The position numbers were made by a program, and so were the translations under genes. The notes under the pieces are model-generated. The model worked only from the letters and a program-made list of their open reading frames with translations, was not told where the DNA came from and ran no database searches. This document shows positions 8,230 to 11,213 of a DNA stretch of 11,213 bases, piece by piece; position 1 is the first letter of the stretch; every line of letters starts with the position of its first letter. Source of the DNA: Bdellovibrionota bacterium FG-2 (GTDB lineage Bacteria > Bdellovibrionota > UBA1018); NCBI GenBank assembly GCA_051382305.1, contig JBBCAV010000178.1:1-11213 (forward strand), written 5' to 3'.

Positions 8230-8658
8230 CTATTCCCCAGAAGGCGGCGCGACCACGTTTATTGTGCCGGTCATATCGGGGTGGATCGAGCAGTGGTAGC
8301 GAAAGGTTCCTAAATTGGAAAAAGTGACTGATCCCTTATCTCCGGGCACAAGCGTTATAGGTGGCCAGACTGCGTTGTCTGACGTGACGATATGTTCTGT
8401 CGTATCCGCGTTTTCCCAGGTTATTGTAGTTCCTTGCGTTACCTCAAGCGGGTTTACACCAAATGCCGTATCTCCTGGTTCTTGTGAGTCAGCTTCGATT
8501 CGGATGAGATAGCCTGCTTGGCCTGCTTCACTCGGGGGTTGTGCAGGAACTCCAGTACTTACGGGCGGTTTTGTTTCGGAGCACCCCATTGGGTAAAGAA
8601 CCGATACTCCCAGTGTCATACAAAAAACGCTAATTCCAAGTCCCATATACTTTTTCAT
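8230..8658 (-). CDS. Cupredoxin (plastocyanin/amicyanin-like blue copper protein), probable lipoprotein
   Basis: Type-1 Cu ligands in WENADTTEHIVT and YHCSIHPDMTG, a signal peptide ending PMGC and a Pro-rich linker. ATG 8658 is preferred over GTG 8667 because GAGGT lies 7 nt upstream. Confidence 0.88.
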   Translation of the reverse strand: MKKYMGLGISVFCMTLGVSVLYPMGCSETKPPVSTGVPAQPPSEAGQAGYLIRIEADSQEPGDTAFGVNPLEVTQGTTITWENADTTEHIVTSDNAVWPPITLVPGDKGSVTFSNLGTFRYHCSIHPDMTGTINVVAPPSGE

Positions 8659-8748
8659 AACTTCCACCTCATAATTGACTTTTTGTGATGCATTTTATGT
8701 TCCTGCGTCTTGACCGCCCTTGGGTTGCTCGATATGTCCTAAGATATT

Positions 8749-9852
8749 ATGATAGATCCAAGACTTGAACGACTCGCTAAGCTTCTGGTTCATTATTGTT
8801 TAGAACTCAAAGAAGGACAGCTCGTTTCTATGAGTGCTTCGACTCTTGCCACTCCACTCATATCGGAGGTTTATCGTGAGATTTTGCAAGCAGGCGCGCG
8901 GCCGCTGCTGAATTTGACGTTTCCGGGAGCGAACTATCTCTACTATAAGCACGCCAGCGATGAAGTGCTTTCTGGTTTTCATCCCCACGAACTCAAGACG
9001 GTTGAAGAGGTGGATGCGCTTTTGTCGGTGAGTTGCAATGGCAATTCGCGCGAGCTATCTAATGTCGATCACTCACGGGTGGCGCTCTATCGCAAGGCAC
9101 GCCAGCCGCTTCGCGATGTTTGGGATCAAAAAGAAGCGCAGGGTAAATTCAAATGGGTCGTGGTGGGCTTTCCGGTGGATTCGATGGCGCAGGACGCCGG
9201 AATGTCACTGAAAGAGTATGAAGATTTTGTTTTTGAAGCGTGTGGTTGTCACCTGTCTGATCCCGTTGCATTTTGGAAAGAGCAGTCTGAAAAAATGAAA
9301 GCCGCGCATAAGATGCTCGAAGGCTCCAAGAAGCTCCGAATTCAAGGACCCAAAACGGATCTCACATTAAATGTTGAAGGTCGAAAATGGGTTATTTGTG
9401 ATGGGCGATTGAATATGCCTGATGGCGAGATTTTTACTTCGCCGGTTGAAGATTCGGCGGAAGGGGAGATCTTTTTTGATATTCCTACGACCTATAGCGG
9501 GGTGGAGGCCGGAGGAATCCATTTGAAGCTCAAAGCCGGCCGCATTGTAAGCGCGACTGCGGAGCGCGGAGAGTCTTTTGTCCTTCAAATGCTTGATATG
9601 GACAAAGGCTCGCGTTTCATGGGCGAGGTCGCTTTTGGTGTTAATCGTTTTATTCAGAAGCCGAGTCGTAACATCTTGTTTGATGAAAAAATTGGCGGCA
9701 CCATGCATTTAGCGGTGGGCGCCAGTTATCCCGAAGCCGGAGGCAAAAACAAATCGGGACTGCATTGGGATATGGTCAAAGAAATGAAAAACGGCGGGAC
9801 CGTTGAAGTGGATGGCAAACGCGTTTATGAGAACGGGGAGTTTCGGATTTGA
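8749..9852 (+). CDS. Aminopeptidase, peptidase family M29 (AmpS/PepS/AmpT-like)
   Basis: DPRLERLAKLLV N-terminus and the metal-ligand motifs NMPDGEIFT, GEVAFG, LFDEK, HLAVG..Y and SGLHWD. Confidence 0.94.
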   Translation: MIDPRLERLAKLLVHYCLELKEGQLVSMSASTLATPLISEVYREILQAGARPLLNLTFPGANYLYYKHASDEVLSGFHPHELKTVEEVDALLSVSCNGNSRELSNVDHSRVALYRKARQPLRDVWDQKEAQGKFKWVVVGFPVDSMAQDAGMSLKEYEDFVFEACGCHLSDPVAFWKEQSEKMKAAHKMLEGSKKLRIQGPKTDLTLNVEGRKWVICDGRLNMPDGEIFTSPVEDSAEGEIFFDIPTTYSGVEAGGIHLKLKAGRIVSATAERGESFVLQMLDMDKGSRFMGEVAFGVNRFIQKPSRNILFDEKIGGTMHLAVGASYPEAGGKNKSGLHWDMVKEMKNGGTVEVDGKRVYENGEFRI

Positions 9853-9862
9853 GGGGGGGTAA

Positions 9863-9915
9863 ATTAGACCCCATGTGTTTTTTACGTTGACTGCGTAAAT
9901 CATTGGGGGTCTAAT
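9863..9915 (+). promoter_or_regulatory. Putative sigma70 promoter embedded in nested inverted repeats
   Basis: TTGACT (9887-9892), 17-nt spacer, TCTAAT (9910-9915). The dyads are ATTAGACCCC (9863-9872)/GGGGTCTAAT (9906-9915) and TTTACG (9881-9886)/CGTAAA (9894-9899). Confidence 0.6.
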
Positions 9916-9923
9916 ATAGATAG

Positions 9924-11072
9924 ATGGCCCATTTACGTTCAAGACTCGCAAAGACACTTCTTCTAAAACGATTAAAACACAGTCCCGTCGTTGCGATTCA
10001 AGGCGCCCGTCAGACAGGGAAAAGTACCCTTGCCCGAAAGCTTTTAAAGACAGAACTTCCTGGGATGCAAAGCGTGTCTTTGGACTTGTTATCCGAACAG
10101 CAACTTGCCCAAACTGCTCCGCAGACCTTCTTGGCGCGGTTCAAAGGGGCGCATCCAATGATTATCGACGAGGCTCAAAAAGCGCCGGCTTTATTTGATG
10201 CAATTAAGTTTCAAGTCGATGAACAGAGGGCGCCAGGGCAGTTCCTATTGCTGGGGTCCACGGAGTTTTCTCACTTTCAAAACATTCGCGAATCTTTGAC
10301 GGGGCGTATGGGGCGGGTTCGGCTCTATCCACTGATTGCACGTGAACTTTTGGGGGCACAAGATCAGCCTATCGACCGAAGTTTTATGCTCAAATACGCG
10401 GAGTGCGGAGGAATGCCCGCGATTTGTTTTGTTCGCGATTCTCAAGCACGATCCGATTTGATTCAGGACTGGATTGATCTGACGTGCAATCGAGATGTCC
10501 ATCAATTTAAACGCGTAAAAGTCGACAGCGATCTCGCCTATTCAATTCTAAGAGAGTGTGCGATTCAAGAGCAACCCACTCAGGCGAATATTGCGAGAGT
10601 TCTCAAGACTGATGGCCGAAAAATTGGCACTCATCTTAAAGTTCTTTGTGAACTTTTCGTCCTACTTAAGCTTGATTCACATCCCTCAGGTGCTGGAAAG
10701 AGCCTTTTTTTACCCTTGGATGCAGGCATTGCCCACTATCTGGGAGCAGGTTTTGAACGACGTCTTCATATTATTCTTGTGAATGAAAAAATGGCTCACA
10801 ACGCCTATTTTGGTAAAAAACGAAACCGCTACTATTATTATCGCTCAACCGGAAAGCACCTTATTCATTTGATTGAAGAAGATCTCGATGAGGGACTTTG
10901 TGCTTTTCAGATTCTCGAAACAGAGAGAGTGAAGCTTCCTGATCTTGAAAGGTTAAAGGCTTTTAGGAAAAAGCACAAAGATTCCAAATGCAAACTGTTC
11001 GCGCCGATTTTCGATCGATGGAAAGATGCGGGAGTTGAAGTTGATTCTTGGGAGAGGATGACGGGGCTCTGA
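9924..11072 (+). CDS. ATP-binding protein, AAA_14 + DUF4143-type architecture
   Basis: VVAIQGARQTGKSTL (Walker A), IIDEAQKAP (Walker B), FLLLGS, ESLTGR, LYPL and GGMP, then an HTH-like segment, FLPLDAGI and YYYRS. Length is 382 aa. Confidence 0.88.
   Translation: MAHLRSRLAKTLLLKRLKHSPVVAIQGARQTGKSTLARKLLKTELPGMQSVSLDLLSEQQLAQTAPQTFLARFKGAHPMIIDEAQKAPALFDAIKFQVDEQRAPGQFLLLGSTEFSHFQNIRESLTGRMGRVRLYPLIARELLGAQDQPIDRSFMLKYAECGGMPAICFVRDSQARSDLIQDWIDLTCNRDVHQFKRVKVDSDLAYSILRECAIQEQPTQANIARVLKTDGRKIGTHLKVLCELFVLLKLDSHPSGAGKSLFLPLDAGIAHYLGAGFERRLHIILVNEKMAHNAYFGKKRNRYYYYRSTGKHLIHLIEEDLDEGLCAFQILETERVKLPDLERLKAFRKKHKDSKCKLFAPIFDRWKDAGVEVDSWERMTGL
10696..10747 (+). repeat. Left arm of a 52-bp inverted repeat, internal to the ATPase gene
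   Basis: GAAAGAGCCTTTTTTTACCCTTGGATGCAGGCATTGCCCACTATCTGGGAGC matches the reverse complement of 11162-11213 at 50/52 positions. Confidence 0.95.
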
Positions 11073-11161
11073 GTTAACGATGTCTTAAAGCCAAGGCAAG
11101 ACTCTTCCCGTCTTCCGCTTATACTCTTCATAGGCTTGTCCAAACTTAGTGCTTAAGAACC

Positions 11162-11213
11162 GCTCCCCGATAGTGGGCAATGCCTGCATCCAAGGGTAAA
11201 AAAAGGCCCTTTC
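11162..11213 (-). repeat. Right arm of the inverted repeat, running to the window edge
   Basis: The reverse complement is GAAAGGGCCTTTTTTTACCCTTGGATGCAGGCATTGCCCACTATCGGGGAGC. The mismatches correspond to 10701 (A/G) and 10741 (T/G). In the homologous frame it reads KGLFLPLDAGIAHYRGAVLKH* with the stop at 11148-11146. Confidence 0.95.

Noticed and set aside
8660-8748. Sigma70 promoters in the cupredoxin/aminopeptidase divergent region
   Set aside because: TTGACT (8675) and TTGACC (8710) lack a convincing -10 at 16-18 nt spacing.
10907-11143. 78-aa minus-strand ORF starting just after the inverted copy's stop
   Set aside because: It has a TTG start with no SD, mostly overlaps the ATPase antisense, and shows no motif.
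10696-11213. Diversity-generating retroelement TR/VR pair
   Set aside because: There are only two mismatches, not adenine-specific on one strand (A/G and T/G), and no reverse transcriptase is in the window.

Overview
Bacterial genomic window whose gene style fits a Bdellovibrionota/deltaproteobacterial-type organism (inference). It opens with the 3' end of a gene ending in a (PGQK)12 repeat, a terminator-like hairpin, and a minus-strand Nit1-like carbon-nitrogen hydrolase. A tightly coupled cbb3-type cytochrome c oxidase operon follows: ccoI, ccoS (missed by the ORF track), fused ccoNO, ccoQ, a short mono-haem ccoP, and a DsbD_2/TauE-like membrane protein. No ccoG or ccoH is present; the operon continues with a DUF302 gene and a small secreted protein, which abuts a convergent cupredoxin lipoprotein. 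The window ends with an M29 aminopeptidase and an AAA_14/DUF4143-type ATPase. The least explained features are at the ATPase: a dyad-symmetric, apparently leaderless promoter, a degenerate C-terminal nuclease motif, and a 52-bp inverted copy (50/52 identical) of its internal sequence about 90 bp past its stop. Inversion between the two copies would swap the C-terminal domain for a stop four codons later.
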